Shown: one piece after another, positions 15,949 to 25,425 of the stretch
Layout: each line of letters begins with the position of its first letter
How positions within the stretch are numbered: the stretch's first letter is position 1
DNA from: Candidatus Micrarchaeia archaeon
Lineage (GTDB): Archaea; Micrarchaeota; Micrarchaeia; Norongarragalinales; UBA8480
Direction: 5' to 3'
NCBI GenBank assembly: GCA_039794045.1
Contig: JBAMLY010000001.1
Coordinates: forward strand, 1,045-65,044
Length of the DNA stretch: 64,000 bases
Program-made: the position numbers and the translations under genes
Notes under the pieces: model-generated
Databases searched by the model: none
The model's input: the letters and a program-made list of their open reading frames with translations, nothing else
What the model was told of the DNA's origin: nothing

Positions 15949-18294
15949 ATGGCTAAAAACATTTACTGGTTTCAAGAACTCACCAAGGAAAGCCTGGCAG
16001 TTGCCGGCGGCAAAGGCGCAAACTTGGGGGAAATGATTAACGCTGGCTTGCCGGTGCCAGAGGGCTTCGTCGTAGCAAGCGAGGCTTACTTCGAGTTCGT
16101 GCGCGTAAACAACTTGGGAGAAGTAATTCGCGCGCAAACCAGTAACTTAGACGTGCAAAACACTCTCGCCTTAAACGCGGCCTCGGACGCTATAAAGAAA
16201 GCCATTCTCGCAGGCGAGATCCCGCAAGAAATCCGCGCGGATATAGTGCGTGCTTACAACAAGTTGTGCGGAACAGAATTAATGCCTGCCCCCTCACAGG
16301 AAGTCTACGTTGCAGTCCGCTCTAGCGCTACCGCAGAAGACTTGCCTGAAGCAAGTTTTGCAGGACAACAAGAAACTTTCTTGAACGTGAAAGGAAGCGA
16401 CGCCTTAATAGAAGCAGTCAAGAAATGCTGGGCTTCATTGTTTGGAGCGCGCGCCATCTACTACAGGGAACAACAGCATTTCGACCACTTAAAAGTAGGA
16501 ATCGCGGTTCCAGTCCAGCGCATGGTGCAAAGCGACAAAAGCGGCGTAATGTTCTCCATAGACCCAGTAACCAACGACTCAACAAAAATAGTGATAGAAG
16601 GCGGGCTTGGATTGGGCGAGGCTGTAGTGAGTGGTTCAATCACGCCAGACCACTACGCCGTAGACAAGAACTCGTTTGAAATCGTTGAAAAAAAAATTAA
16701 CACGCAAACGCAGATGATTACGCGAGTAGGAGACCACAACGAGTGGCAGCCAGTCCCTGAAGAAATACAGTCAATCCAAAAACTCTCAGACGACGAAATA
16801 GTGAGGTTAGCGCGCTACGCGAAAGCCATCGAAGAACACTACGGCTTCCCGCAAGACATAGAGTGGGCAATCGAGGGAGAAAACATTTACATAGTCCAAT
16901 CGCGCGCAGTCACCACCACAAAGAAAAAAGCTGTTGAAAAAACTACACAGCCAACCGAAAGCCAGCCGCAAACACCCGAGAACGCGAAAGTAATAATTCA
17001 AGGACTCGGCGCATCACCTGGAATTGCGTCCGGGCAAGTGCGCATAGTAACCGACTTAAAGGAACTCTACAAAGTAAGAAAAGGCGACGTCCTAGTAACG
17101 CAAATGACTACTCCTGACTTCGTGCCTGCAATGAAGCGCGCCGCAGCCATAGTGACTGACGAAGGAGGAAGCACTTGCCACGCAAGCATAGTAAGCAGGG
17201 AACTCGGCATTCCATGCATTGTCGGAACCCGTAAGGCAACGGCGTTGCTGGAAGAAGGAGAAACCGTGACAGTGGACGCGTTCCACGGCGTAGTCTACCA
17301 AGGAAAAGTAGAGGCAGTTGCGCAAGAAAAAGCCGCCCCACAAACAACAACAGGCAAGATAGCACTCCAGCAATCAATCCTCGTTACCGGCACCAAGATT
17401 TACGTTAACCTCGCTGAACCAGAACTCGCCGAAAAAGTCGCAGCCGAAAACGTTGACGGCGTCGGATTACTGCGCGCAGAATTCATGATCGCAGGCATCG
17501 GCAAGCACCCAAAGTGGCTATTAAAGCAAGGAAGAGGACAAGAATTCGTTGACGCCCTCGCAAAAGGACTCCGCAAAGTATGCGCTGCGTTCGGCGACCG
17601 CCCAGTAATATACAGGGCCACGGACTTCAAAACCAACGAGTACAAGAGCCTGGAAGGCGGGGCAGAGTTCGAGCCACACGAAGAAAACCCAATGATTGGC
17701 TACAGGGGCTGCTTCCGCTACATCAAAGACCCAGAAGTATTCAAACTAGAACTGGAAGCAATAAAGCGCGTCCGAGAACAATACGGCATGAAAAACTTGT
17801 GGCTAATGATTCCAGTAGTGAGAACCGTGCGCGAATTCAAGCTAGTAAAAGAAATAATTGAAGAAACTGGCTTGCACAAGAGCTACGACTTCAAGCTCGG
17901 AATAATGTGTGAAGTGCCTTCCACCGTAATCCTCGCAGAAGAATTCTGTCGCGCAGGCGCGGACTTCTTCAGCATCGGCTCAAACGACTTAACTCAACTA
18001 ACGCTCGGAATAGACCGCGACAACCCAATAGTAGCCGAGGAATTCGACGAACGCGACCCCGCAATCCTGCGAAGCATTAAGCACGTAATAGAAACGTGCC
18101 ACAAATACGGAGTCAAAGTAAGCTGCTGCGGCCAAGCCCCTTCAGTCTACCCTGAATTCGCTGAAGCGCTAGTGCGCTACGGCATAGACAGCATAAGCGT
18201 AAACCCCGACGTCATAGAAAAAACGCGTCGCACCATCGCAAGCGCAGAAAAAAGAATTCTGCTGGAAGGCGCGAGACGCCAGCAAGCCCCCTAA
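15949..18294 (+). CDS. ppsA: Phosphoenolpyruvate synthase (pyruvate, water dikinase)
   Basis: MAKNIYWFQELTKESLAVAGGKGANLGEM N-terminal ATP-grasp signature. The central phosphohistidine domain has GGSTCHASIVSRELGIPCIVG (catalytic His). A C-terminal PEP-utilising TIM barrel follows. ATG 15949 is preferred over the GTG at 15931 because of the SD-like motif. Confidence 0.92.
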   Translation: MAKNIYWFQELTKESLAVAGGKGANLGEMINAGLPVPEGFVVASEAYFEFVRVNNLGEVIRAQTSNLDVQNTLALNAASDAIKKAILAGEIPQEIRADIVRAYNKLCGTELMPAPSQEVYVAVRSSATAEDLPEASFAGQQETFLNVKGSDALIEAVKKCWASLFGARAIYYREQQHFDHLKVGIAVPVQRMVQSDKSGVMFSIDPVTNDSTKIVIEGGLGLGEAVVSGSITPDHYAVDKNSFEIVEKKINTQTQMITRVGDHNEWQPVPEEIQSIQKLSDDEIVRLARYAKAIEEHYGFPQDIEWAIEGENIYIVQSRAVTTTKKKAVEKTTQPTESQPQTPENAKVIIQGLGASPGIASGQVRIVTDLKELYKVRKGDVLVTQMTTPDFVPAMKRAAAIVTDEGGSTCHASIVSRELGIPCIVGTRKATALLEEGETVTVDAFHGVVYQGKVEAVAQEKAAPQTTTGKIALQQSILVTGTKIYVNLAEPELAEKVAAENVDGVGLLRAEFMIAGIGKHPKWLLKQGRGQEFVDALAKGLRKVCAAFGDRPVIYRATDFKTNEYKSLEGGAEFEPHEENPMIGYRGCFRYIKDPEVFKLELEAIKRVREQYGMKNLWLMIPVVRTVREFKLVKEIIEETGLHKSYDFKLGIMCEVPSTVILAEEFCRAGADFFSIGSNDLTQLTLGIDRDNPIVAEEFDERDPAILRSIKHVIETCHKYGVKVSCCGQAPSVYPEFAEALVRYGIDSISVNPDVIEKTRRTIASAEKRILLEGARRQQAP

Positions 18295-18373
18295 AAATTT
18301 TCTCAGCCTCCCCGCCACCCCCCTCGTTTTTATTTGAGTAAAAACAATAGTATTAAGGAGGCGCAAAACGCGA

Positions 18374-19867
18374 ATGAAGAGCTTGCAAGCAAAATACCCT
18401 TGGCTCAACAGCCACTTGAAACGCTCTAAGTTATTGCTTGAAGGAGTCAAGACGACAACCGGCGAAGACGCCTTTCAACGCAACCTACGGCTAGTCCGCA
18501 AAGTAATCGAAGCCCTGCCAGACCCCAACCACAAAGAACAACGCGATGTAGTAATAGCGGCGGCCTACTACGGCGTGCCCAAAGACAAACTCAAAGCCGT
18601 GCCCTCAGTCGTCAAGCCAATAGTAGAGTCAACCAGCAAGGTAAGACAAATGATTCTGCAACATAAGCCAGAAAAAGAAGTCCTTGAAGAACTCGTCGTA
18701 CACCGCGGCGCGCCCCTAATTGAAACGCTTGCGATGGCGGACGCCATGGAAAACCTTGAAAAAGAACCAGCGCACTTGAAGGAAACGCTTGCTCGCTACG
18801 CGTTGTTCGTTCACAGCACAGTAGCGCGCCACGGCCTCTACGACGCCCACAAAAAAATAGAGGAAAACGCTTTCAAGTACTTGTACCCCAAATACTACAA
18901 CGAAATAAAAAAAGACATTGAAGACATGTACAAAATAAATTGGGTTCAAAACTCGATTGGAACAGCGCAAGTAGTCGCGAAAGACATTCTCAACCAAATG
19001 AATGAGAAAGCGAAAAAAAACAATCAATTAATTGAATACGAAATCCAAGGCCCCGAAGTAAAAAGCATTCCCAGCATTCACTACAAACTCGAGGAATACA
19101 GGAACTCTTCAGAAGAAAAAAAGAAAAACATCAAGTACGCCTACGAACTCCCAGACATCATAAGAATGCGCGTAATAATAGAAAAAAACGACCCCAAACT
19201 CTTATACGAGTTCCTGCAACGCCTCCAAAAACACGAGGGAGTCAGCGAAGTAACAGACGTCGAGGACAGGCTCGGCCCCAGAAAAAAACCAAACGGTTAC
19301 GAGTCACTTCACGCCATAATCAAATTCAAAAACCCTGAAGCGCACCCAATAGAATTACAGATAAGAACAAGAAAAATGCATGAAGTCGCAGAAAAAGGAA
19401 AAGCATCGCACTACCTCTACAAGACAGAAAAAACTCGCGCGCTTCCCTCCGGAGAAATCAAGCGCTTGCCCGTCATGCCAAGAGAATTCTTCGACGAAAT
19501 AAAGAAAAAACTAGGAGTAAGCGAAGCACACTTAAGCAAGCAAGCAGTCGTCCTCAACCAAGTCCGCGTAAACGGCAAACTGCACTTGATTTGCGACGCG
19601 CCCATCGTAGAAGCCGCGGTGCTGCACTACGGAGAAAAAGTCAAAGACATGTTTCCATTGGCAGCTAAAATAAACGGCAAGCCAGCCCCCCTCTCCGCCA
19701 GAATAAAAGACGGCGACGAAATAGAGTTCTACCGCGACACCAAGAACGGCAAAATGGTGCCAATAGACGCTCCCCTCGTGCAAGAAACCAGGAAACTAAT
19801 TACCAAGTACAATTTGTGGGAAAAAAAGGGAGCAAAAAGGAAGGCCGCAGAAAGAAAAATCAAATGA
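18374..19867 (+). CDS. RelA/SpoT-homolog (RSH)-like protein: (p)ppGpp-synthetase-type nucleotidyltransferase domain + C-terminal TGS domain; N-terminal 210 aa unassigned
   Basis: Synthetase motifs: GPEVKSIPSIHYKL (GRxKxxxSIxxK-like), DIIRMRVII (DxxGxRVI), GYESLHAII (YxSLH) and IELQIRTRKMHEVAEKGKASHYLYK (ExQIRTxxMHxWAExGxAAHxxYK). C-terminal VRVNGKLHLICDAPIVEAAVLHYGEKV...AKINGKPAPLSARIKDGDEIEF is TGS-like. A strong SD (AAGGAGG) lies 12 nt upstream of the ATG. Confidence 0.62.
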   Translation: MKSLQAKYPWLNSHLKRSKLLLEGVKTTTGEDAFQRNLRLVRKVIEALPDPNHKEQRDVVIAAAYYGVPKDKLKAVPSVVKPIVESTSKVRQMILQHKPEKEVLEELVVHRGAPLIETLAMADAMENLEKEPAHLKETLARYALFVHSTVARHGLYDAHKKIEENAFKYLYPKYYNEIKKDIEDMYKINWVQNSIGTAQVVAKDILNQMNEKAKKNNQLIEYEIQGPEVKSIPSIHYKLEEYRNSSEEKKKNIKYAYELPDIIRMRVIIEKNDPKLLYEFLQRLQKHEGVSEVTDVEDRLGPRKKPNGYESLHAIIKFKNPEAHPIELQIRTRKMHEVAEKGKASHYLYKTEKTRALPSGEIKRLPVMPREFFDEIKKKLGVSEAHLSKQAVVLNQVRVNGKLHLICDAPIVEAAVLHYGEKVKDMFPLAAKINGKPAPLSARIKDGDEIEFYRDTKNGKMVPIDAPLVQETRKLITKYNLWEKKGAKRKAAERKIK

Positions 19868-20465
19868 AGGCCTTCAACAAGAAAGCCACTCTCTCCTTCA
19901 GTTGGTCGCGGGAGCCGTCGTTCACTATCTTTTCGTCAGCCAAGTCCATACAAGCGCCAACCATTTGCGCCGACGAAATCATTCCCGCCCTCTCCCTCGC
20001 ATCGCTTTCCTTGAACTCTTCAAAAGAAAGAAGGTTTTCTTTAGCGCGCTTGCGTTGCTTGACGCGCTCGTACCTTAACTCCAACGGCGCATCAACCGCC
20101 CACAACACGAAGTTCCTTCCAAGGCGCCTCAAAAAATTGACTTCGCCGACGTTGCGAATGCCGTCAACGAAAACAATTTTCACTTTCTCCGGCAACTCAG
20201 ACGCGCGCTCTAAAGCCATTTCAGCAAGAACGCCAGTGCCTTTCTCGGCGCGCAACTCATTCGCAACCCTCTGCAAGTTCTCCCTCTCCAAGCTCAAGCC
20301 ACGCCTCGCCGTCTCCTCGCGAACGATGTCGCTCGTGCTAACCGAGGCCACGCGGTCGCCGTAAAGCTCTCGCGCAACCTCTATCACAGTCCCCTTGCCT
20401 GAAGCGAAAGTGCCAGTCAAGCCCACGAACTTCCTTTCCGAGTTTAAAGCCATGAAGAAAACCAC
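19860..20465 (-). CDS. P-loop nucleoside/nucleotide kinase (dephospho-CoA kinase / AAA-kinase-like family)
   Basis: Walker A GLTGTFASGKGT near the N-terminus, about 200 aa. Convergent with the RSH gene and overlapping it by 8 nt. Confidence 0.5.
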   Translation of the reverse strand: MVFFMALNSERKFVGLTGTFASGKGTVIEVARELYGDRVASVSTSDIVREETARRGLSLERENLQRVANELRAEKGTGVLAEMALERASELPEKVKIVFVDGIRNVGEVNFLRRLGRNFVLWAVDAPLELRYERVKQRKRAKENLLSFEEFKESDARERAGMISSAQMVGACMDLADEKIVNDGSRDQLKERVAFLLKAFI

Positions 20466-20579
20466 GAAAGCGAAGTATTTATTTTATGCTGCCGCCAATG
20501 AACGCGCCATCCCGAGTGAGCGCAACACGCAAGAAAAAAAGTGCACGGGTTTTTATAGAAACGCCAACAAAACAATTTC

Positions 20580-21146
20580 ATGACCGACAAGTTAAGCAAA
20601 GCAATAAACCGCGCCATAGCCGAACTCAGCGAAAAAGAAAAAAGACAGGACGCAGCAATAGCGCTCTCTCGCGAAATAGTGCGCGACTGCGCCCTCGCCA
20701 TAAAAGCAGTCCACCAAAACGAGTGGAAGGAAGCAGAAAAAAAACTAGCCGAAATAACGCCGAAAATAAAGAAAATGCATTCCTTGGACGAGGGACTAGA
20801 ACACGTTTCCCAGCAGTGCTACCAAGAATACGCGGAAATAAAGTGCTTGGAAGCCATCACCAAGAAAAAAGAAATTCCAGACTACGACGAACTCGGCATT
20901 GACGCCATTTCTTGGATGAATGGATTAGCGGACTGCGCAGGCGAACTAAGACGCGCCCTCCAACTTGCTCTTTCAAGCGGCGACAAAGAACAAGCGAAGT
21001 ACTTGTTCCAGAAAATGAATGAAATATACGACAACCTAATGCTCGTAAAATACTCGTCTTCACTTGTGGGCGGGCTGAAGCACAAGCAAGACGTCGTGCG
21101 CTCTCAAGTAGAGCAAGCCAGAAGCGAAATCTTGAGGTTCTCGTGA
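20580..21146 (+). CDS. Translin-family protein (putative RNA/ssDNA-binding), tentative
   Basis: 188 aa, all-helical. EYAEIKCLEAI...GIDAISWMNGLADCAGELRR resembles the translin core. Size fits archaeal translin-like proteins. Confidence 0.4.
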   Translation: MTDKLSKAINRAIAELSEKEKRQDAAIALSREIVRDCALAIKAVHQNEWKEAEKKLAEITPKIKKMHSLDEGLEHVSQQCYQEYAEIKCLEAITKKKEIPDYDELGIDAISWMNGLADCAGELRRALQLALSSGDKEQAKYLFQKMNEIYDNLMLVKYSSSLVGGLKHKQDVVRSQVEQARSEILRFS

Positions 21147-21186
21147 AAAAAAGCGTTGCCTTCAAACGCTTTCAACGGTGGTTTAA

Positions 21187-22488
21187 GTGCTTGAAATAAA
21201 GTTAATACGCAAAAACCCGGAAGCAGTACGCGCCAACCTAGCCCGCCGCAACAACCCTGTCTTCCTGGAGTGGTTCGACGACTTGCTAGTCGTAGACGCA
21301 GAACAAAGGCGCCTCCTCCAAGAACTCGAGCAACTGCGCGCCACGCGCAACCAGTTGACTGAAAAAATCAAGGAACTCAAGAAAACAGGCGAAGACGCTT
21401 CCGCGCTACTCAATGAAGCCGCGCAGCTCCCACAAAAAATAAAAGCAGTAGAAGAACAACAAGAAAAGCTCGCCCAGCGAATGAAGAATTACTTGATGCG
21501 GCTGCCGAACCTGCTTCACGAAAGCGTTCCAACCGGAAAAGACGAGTCTGAAAACGAGGTAGTCCGCGAGTGGGGCGGCAAAAAAATCCCGTGCGACGAC
21601 CCAAAAAGCCACGTTGACCTCCTAGCACAACTTGACGTGGGCGACTTAGAGCGCGCTGCAAAAATTTCCGGAGCCCGCTTCTATTACTTGAAGAACGAGC
21701 TAGTCTTGCTGGACTTGGCGCTGCAGAGGCTGGCGCTAGAAATGCTTTTCAAGAAAGGCTTCACGTTAGTCGAGCCGCCGCACATGATGGCGCGCAAGCC
21801 ATACGAGGGCGTCACAGACTTGAATGACTTCAAGGAAGTCATGTACAAAGTTGAAGAAGAAGACTTGTACTTAATCGCGACAAGCGAGCACCCCCTCGTG
21901 TCAATGCATTGGAACGAAATTCTTGAGGCTGAAGAGTTGCCAATAAAGTACGCGGGAATAAGCCCTTGCTACCGCAAGGAAGCCGGAGCGCACGGGAAGG
22001 ACACGAAAGGTATTTTCCGCACGCACCAGTTCAACAAAGTCGAACAAATCGTGTTCTGCAAGCCAGAAGAGTCCTGGCAGTTGCACGAGGAACTGCTTGC
22101 AAACGCAGAAGAATTCTTCAAGAAAATAGAGATTCCCTACCGCGTCGTAAACATTTGCACTGGCGACATTGGAACCGTGGCGGCAAAAAAGTATGACATC
22201 GAAGCCTGGATGCCCGCCCAACAAAAATACCGCGAAGTCGTCAGCGCAAGCAACTGCACTTCCTACCAAGCAGCGCGCCTTGGCCTACGCTACAGAACAG
22301 GAAAAAAGAACGCTAAAGGAGAAGAAGAAAAAGAGCTAGTGCACACGCTTAACTCGACAATGGTTGCCACGGGCCGCGCGATGGTCGCAATAATGGAGAA
22401 CCACCAGCAGGACGACGGCAGCGTAATCATTCCAAAAGCACTGCGCCCTTACATGAACGGCATAGAACGAATTTCGCGGAAGAAGTGA
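21187..22488 (+). CDS. serS: Seryl-tRNA synthetase
   Basis: MLEIKLIRKNPE N-terminal coiled-coil arm, then a class II core with motif 2/3 (FRTHQFNKVEQIVFC...GRAMVAIMENHQ). GTG start. Confidence 0.92.
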   Translation: MLEIKLIRKNPEAVRANLARRNNPVFLEWFDDLLVVDAEQRRLLQELEQLRATRNQLTEKIKELKKTGEDASALLNEAAQLPQKIKAVEEQQEKLAQRMKNYLMRLPNLLHESVPTGKDESENEVVREWGGKKIPCDDPKSHVDLLAQLDVGDLERAAKISGARFYYLKNELVLLDLALQRLALEMLFKKGFTLVEPPHMMARKPYEGVTDLNDFKEVMYKVEEEDLYLIATSEHPLVSMHWNEILEAEELPIKYAGISPCYRKEAGAHGKDTKGIFRTHQFNKVEQIVFCKPEESWQLHEELLANAEEFFKKIEIPYRVVNICTGDIGTVAAKKYDIEAWMPAQQKYREVVSASNCTSYQAARLGLRYRTGKKNAKGEEEKELVHTLNSTMVATGRAMVAIMENHQQDDGSVIIPKALRPYMNGIERISRKK

Positions 22489-22495
22489 AACGCGG

Positions 22496-23692
22496 ATGGG
22501 AATTCAAACAAAAGAAGTTTACGAGTTCAAGCAGAAAATCAAGGAATTGCAGGAGTTCAAGGGCCACGGCACTGAACTTATTAGCGTATACATTACGCCA
22601 GGCTACCCAATCAGCGACGTTGCCGCCAAACTACGCGACGAGTACGGACAAGCTTCGAACATCAAGAGCAAAAGCACGCGCTTGAACGTGCAAGCCGCAA
22701 TAGAAAAAATTCTCGCCTTCCTTAAGACCATGAACAAGCCGCCAGAAAACGGCATAGCCATATTCGCTGGAAACGTCAGCGAAACAGAGGGCAAGACTGA
22801 CGTGAGGTTGTTTTACGTCGTTCCGCCAACTCCATTGAAAGTACAGTTTTACCGTTGCGAGAGCGCCTTCGTAACCGAACCGCTTGAAGACATGCTAGCA
22901 CAAACTGGGAGCTACGGACTCGTGGTAATGGACGGAAAGGAAGCCACCGTAGCGCTCCTCAAGGGAACCAGCATCAAAGTAATAAAGAAGCTTCACAGCA
23001 CTGCCCACCAAAAATTTAGCAAGGGCGGCCAAAGTGCTGCAAGATTCGGCCGAATTCACGAAGAAACAGTAGAAAAGTACTATCAACGCATAGGCGAGGC
23101 AATGGACGCTTTCGTGGGAGTTAAAGGCCTCAAAGGAGTAATAGTTGGCGGGCCCGGCCCAGCGAAAGAAAACTTTTTGAGGTTAAAGCCGTTCAACTAC
23201 CAAATAAAAATACTCGGCGTAGTCGACACCGGCTACACGGATGAGTACGGCTTGCGTGAAGTGCTGGAAAAAAGCAGTGAAATAATCGCGGAACAAGAAG
23301 CAGTGAAAGAAAAAAAGTTGTTGGACGAGTTCATGCGAGAAATCGTGAAGGGCGGACTCGCAGTTTACGGCATAGACGACATTCGTGAAGCCCTCGCCAC
23401 CCGCAAGGTTTCCAAGTTGTTGGTCAGCGAGGGACTTGAACTAAAAGAATTCAAGATGAAGTGCGACAAGTGCGGTAAAGAGTTTACGCGCGTGGGAGAA
23501 AAACCGCCTGAAGAAGAATGCGAGTGCGGCGGCAAACCCAAGGTAGTCTCAGAAACAGACTTAGTGGAAGAAATCCAGCGCCTCGCGGAAGAACAAAGCA
23601 TTCCAATAGAACTCGTTTCAACTGAAACAATGGAAGGCTCGCAATTCCGCGCAACATTCCATGGCATGGGTGCTTTCCTACGCTACAAGTAA
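22496..23692 (+). CDS. prf1: Peptide chain release factor aRF1
   Basis: NIKS-type codon recognition motif (ASNIKSKSTR) and GGQ motif (KFSKGGQSAARF). C-domain contains a CDKCGKEF...CECGG zinc-ribbon mini-domain. Confidence 0.9.
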   Translation: MGIQTKEVYEFKQKIKELQEFKGHGTELISVYITPGYPISDVAAKLRDEYGQASNIKSKSTRLNVQAAIEKILAFLKTMNKPPENGIAIFAGNVSETEGKTDVRLFYVVPPTPLKVQFYRCESAFVTEPLEDMLAQTGSYGLVVMDGKEATVALLKGTSIKVIKKLHSTAHQKFSKGGQSAARFGRIHEETVEKYYQRIGEAMDAFVGVKGLKGVIVGGPGPAKENFLRLKPFNYQIKILGVVDTGYTDEYGLREVLEKSSEIIAEQEAVKEKKLLDEFMREIVKGGLAVYGIDDIREALATRKVSKLLVSEGLELKEFKMKCDKCGKEFTRVGEKPPEEECECGGKPKVVSETDLVEEIQRLAEEQSIPIELVSTETMEGSQFRATFHGMGAFLRYK

Positions 23693-23704
23693 CGCGGCAG
23701 GAAA

Positions 23705-24187
23705 GTGATGAAAATGCAGGAAAAAAAGTTCGAGCACGATTTAGAGGTAAAAAAGCCCTTCTTATCCAGAGAATGCTTGCTCGTGTTGAGCGACGCGCGC
23801 ACGAAGAAACCACTCGCAAGTCTTAATTTCCACAATTTAGGTGTCAACGAAGAGACGCGAGAAATAAACGTTATCACTTCGGGGTTGAGGGCTGGAAACT
23901 TTGAGCACGCAAAGCAGTTGATGGAAGACGTCCAAGAAATACTGAAGGCAATCGCGTTAAAGCAGAAAATGAACGTGCTGCACTCCCACCTTGCCGTTGA
24001 AGAAGAAGAACACGAGTTGAAGAGCTTGGAAGACCAGAACTACGTGAAAACGCAGGAAAAAATAGAGGGAGACGAAAAGATTTCGCGCTTCAACAAAAGA
24101 ATTTTTTTCAATGCTTCCGCGAAAGAACCACTTAAAAGGCACGGCCTCGCCGCCATAAGAATAATGCTTGAAGTGGGCCAATGGTAA
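23705..24187 (+). CDS. Hypothetical protein
   Basis: 160-aa ORF between aRF1 and TruD, overlapping TruD by 7 nt. No recognisable motif. Confidence 0.35.
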   Translation: MMKMQEKKFEHDLEVKKPFLSRECLLVLSDARTKKPLASLNFHNLGVNEETREINVITSGLRAGNFEHAKQLMEDVQEILKAIALKQKMNVLHSHLAVEEEEHELKSLEDQNYVKTQEKIEGDEKISRFNKRIFFNASAKEPLKRHGLAAIRIMLEVGQW

Positions 24188-25425
24188 AGTTTGCGTTCAA
24201 GCCAGAAGAATTCGTGGTAGAAGAAATCTTTCCCGACGGCAGAGTAATGGAGGTAGACAAGCCATTCGTAGCCGAGCAAGGCGAAGGAAAATTCTGTCAC
24301 TTCGTAATGCAGAAAAGGCAGTGGAATACGTCGCAGGCTTTGAACGCCATAGCAAGAGCGCTTCACACCAGCCACAAGCGATTCAACTGCGCGGGAACAA
24401 AGGACAGGAACGCGACTACCGTGCAATTATGCAGTGCCTTCTCGATCGCGCCACAAAAACTGATGGCGGTAAACGTGAAAGACATTAAAGTCTTGGGGGC
24501 TTGGAACGCACCAGAAAAAGTAAGGATGGGGGAACTGCTTGGCAATCGCTTCACTATCACCCTCAACAAAAAAAATTGCGGCGTGAAAGTAAACGCGAGC
24601 CAAGTAGAAGAAAAAGCTGAAAAACTAGGTTACTGCATTCCAAACTATTTCGGAGAACAACGTTTTGGTTCGCTGCGGCTGAATACTCACTTGGTCGGCA
24701 AACTTCTCTTGAAAGGGCTTTACAAGGAAGCCGTCTTGAACTTTCTCTCTTACACGGACGAGAGAGAAAAAGGCGAGGGAAGAAAAGCACGGGAAAAACT
24801 CGCGAGCGAAGGCGATTTCGCTAAAGCACTAGAGTACTTTCCCTCCTACCTCAAATACGAGCGCACGGTGTTGGCGCACTTAAGCCAACACAAAAACGAC
24901 TTCGTTGGAGCGCTCCGCAAGCTGCCGCGCCCTACTCTGCTCATGTTCATTCACGCTTACCAGTCGTTCCTCTTCAACTCGTTGTTGCAGCGCAGGACGA
25001 ACGAAGGAAAACTCTTCACGCCCGTTGTTGGAGACTGGTGGTGCGAGGCAGACGAAAACAATTTTCCGTTGCTGAAAGAAGAAAACCGCATGGAAAAAAA
25101 GAAACCCAAAAAAATTTGTTCAACAACAGAAGCGAAAAAAGTGCAGAAATTAGTGAAAGAAAGGAAGGCCTTCCTCCTCGGAAACCTCGTTGGAAGCGAG
25201 TCTGAGCTGACTGACGAAGAACAAAAATTGCTGGAAGAAGAAGGAGTAACCCAAAATGAATTCGTTCTCAAGAGCCTGCCCGAGCTCAGCAGCAAGGGAG
25301 CGTTCAGGCCATTGTTTGTTCCCCTCAAAGACTTTCAGATTCTCTCGCGAAACCCACTCAAGCTAAGGTTTTCGTTGCCGGCAGGCTCTTACGCTACCGT
25401 GGCGTTAAAAGAACTTCTTTCTTGA
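24181..25425 (+). CDS. truD: tRNA pseudouridine synthase TruD/Pus7 family
   Basis: NCAGTKDRNATTVQ (GTKD catalytic Asp motif) and NYFGEQRFG (TruD motif II). Confidence 0.8.
   Translation: MVKFAFKPEEFVVEEIFPDGRVMEVDKPFVAEQGEGKFCHFVMQKRQWNTSQALNAIARALHTSHKRFNCAGTKDRNATTVQLCSAFSIAPQKLMAVNVKDIKVLGAWNAPEKVRMGELLGNRFTITLNKKNCGVKVNASQVEEKAEKLGYCIPNYFGEQRFGSLRLNTHLVGKLLLKGLYKEAVLNFLSYTDEREKGEGRKAREKLASEGDFAKALEYFPSYLKYERTVLAHLSQHKNDFVGALRKLPRPTLLMFIHAYQSFLFNSLLQRRTNEGKLFTPVVGDWWCEADENNFPLLKEENRMEKKKPKKICSTTEAKKVQKLVKERKAFLLGNLVGSESELTDEEQKLLEEEGVTQNEFVLKSLPELSSKGAFRPLFVPLKDFQILSRNPLKLRFSLPAGSYATVALKELLS

Noticed and set aside
19816-20364. 182-aa plus-strand ORF overlapping the P-loop kinase gene
   Set aside because: Antisense to a Walker-A-containing CDS. 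Ser/Arg-rich translation with no motifs.
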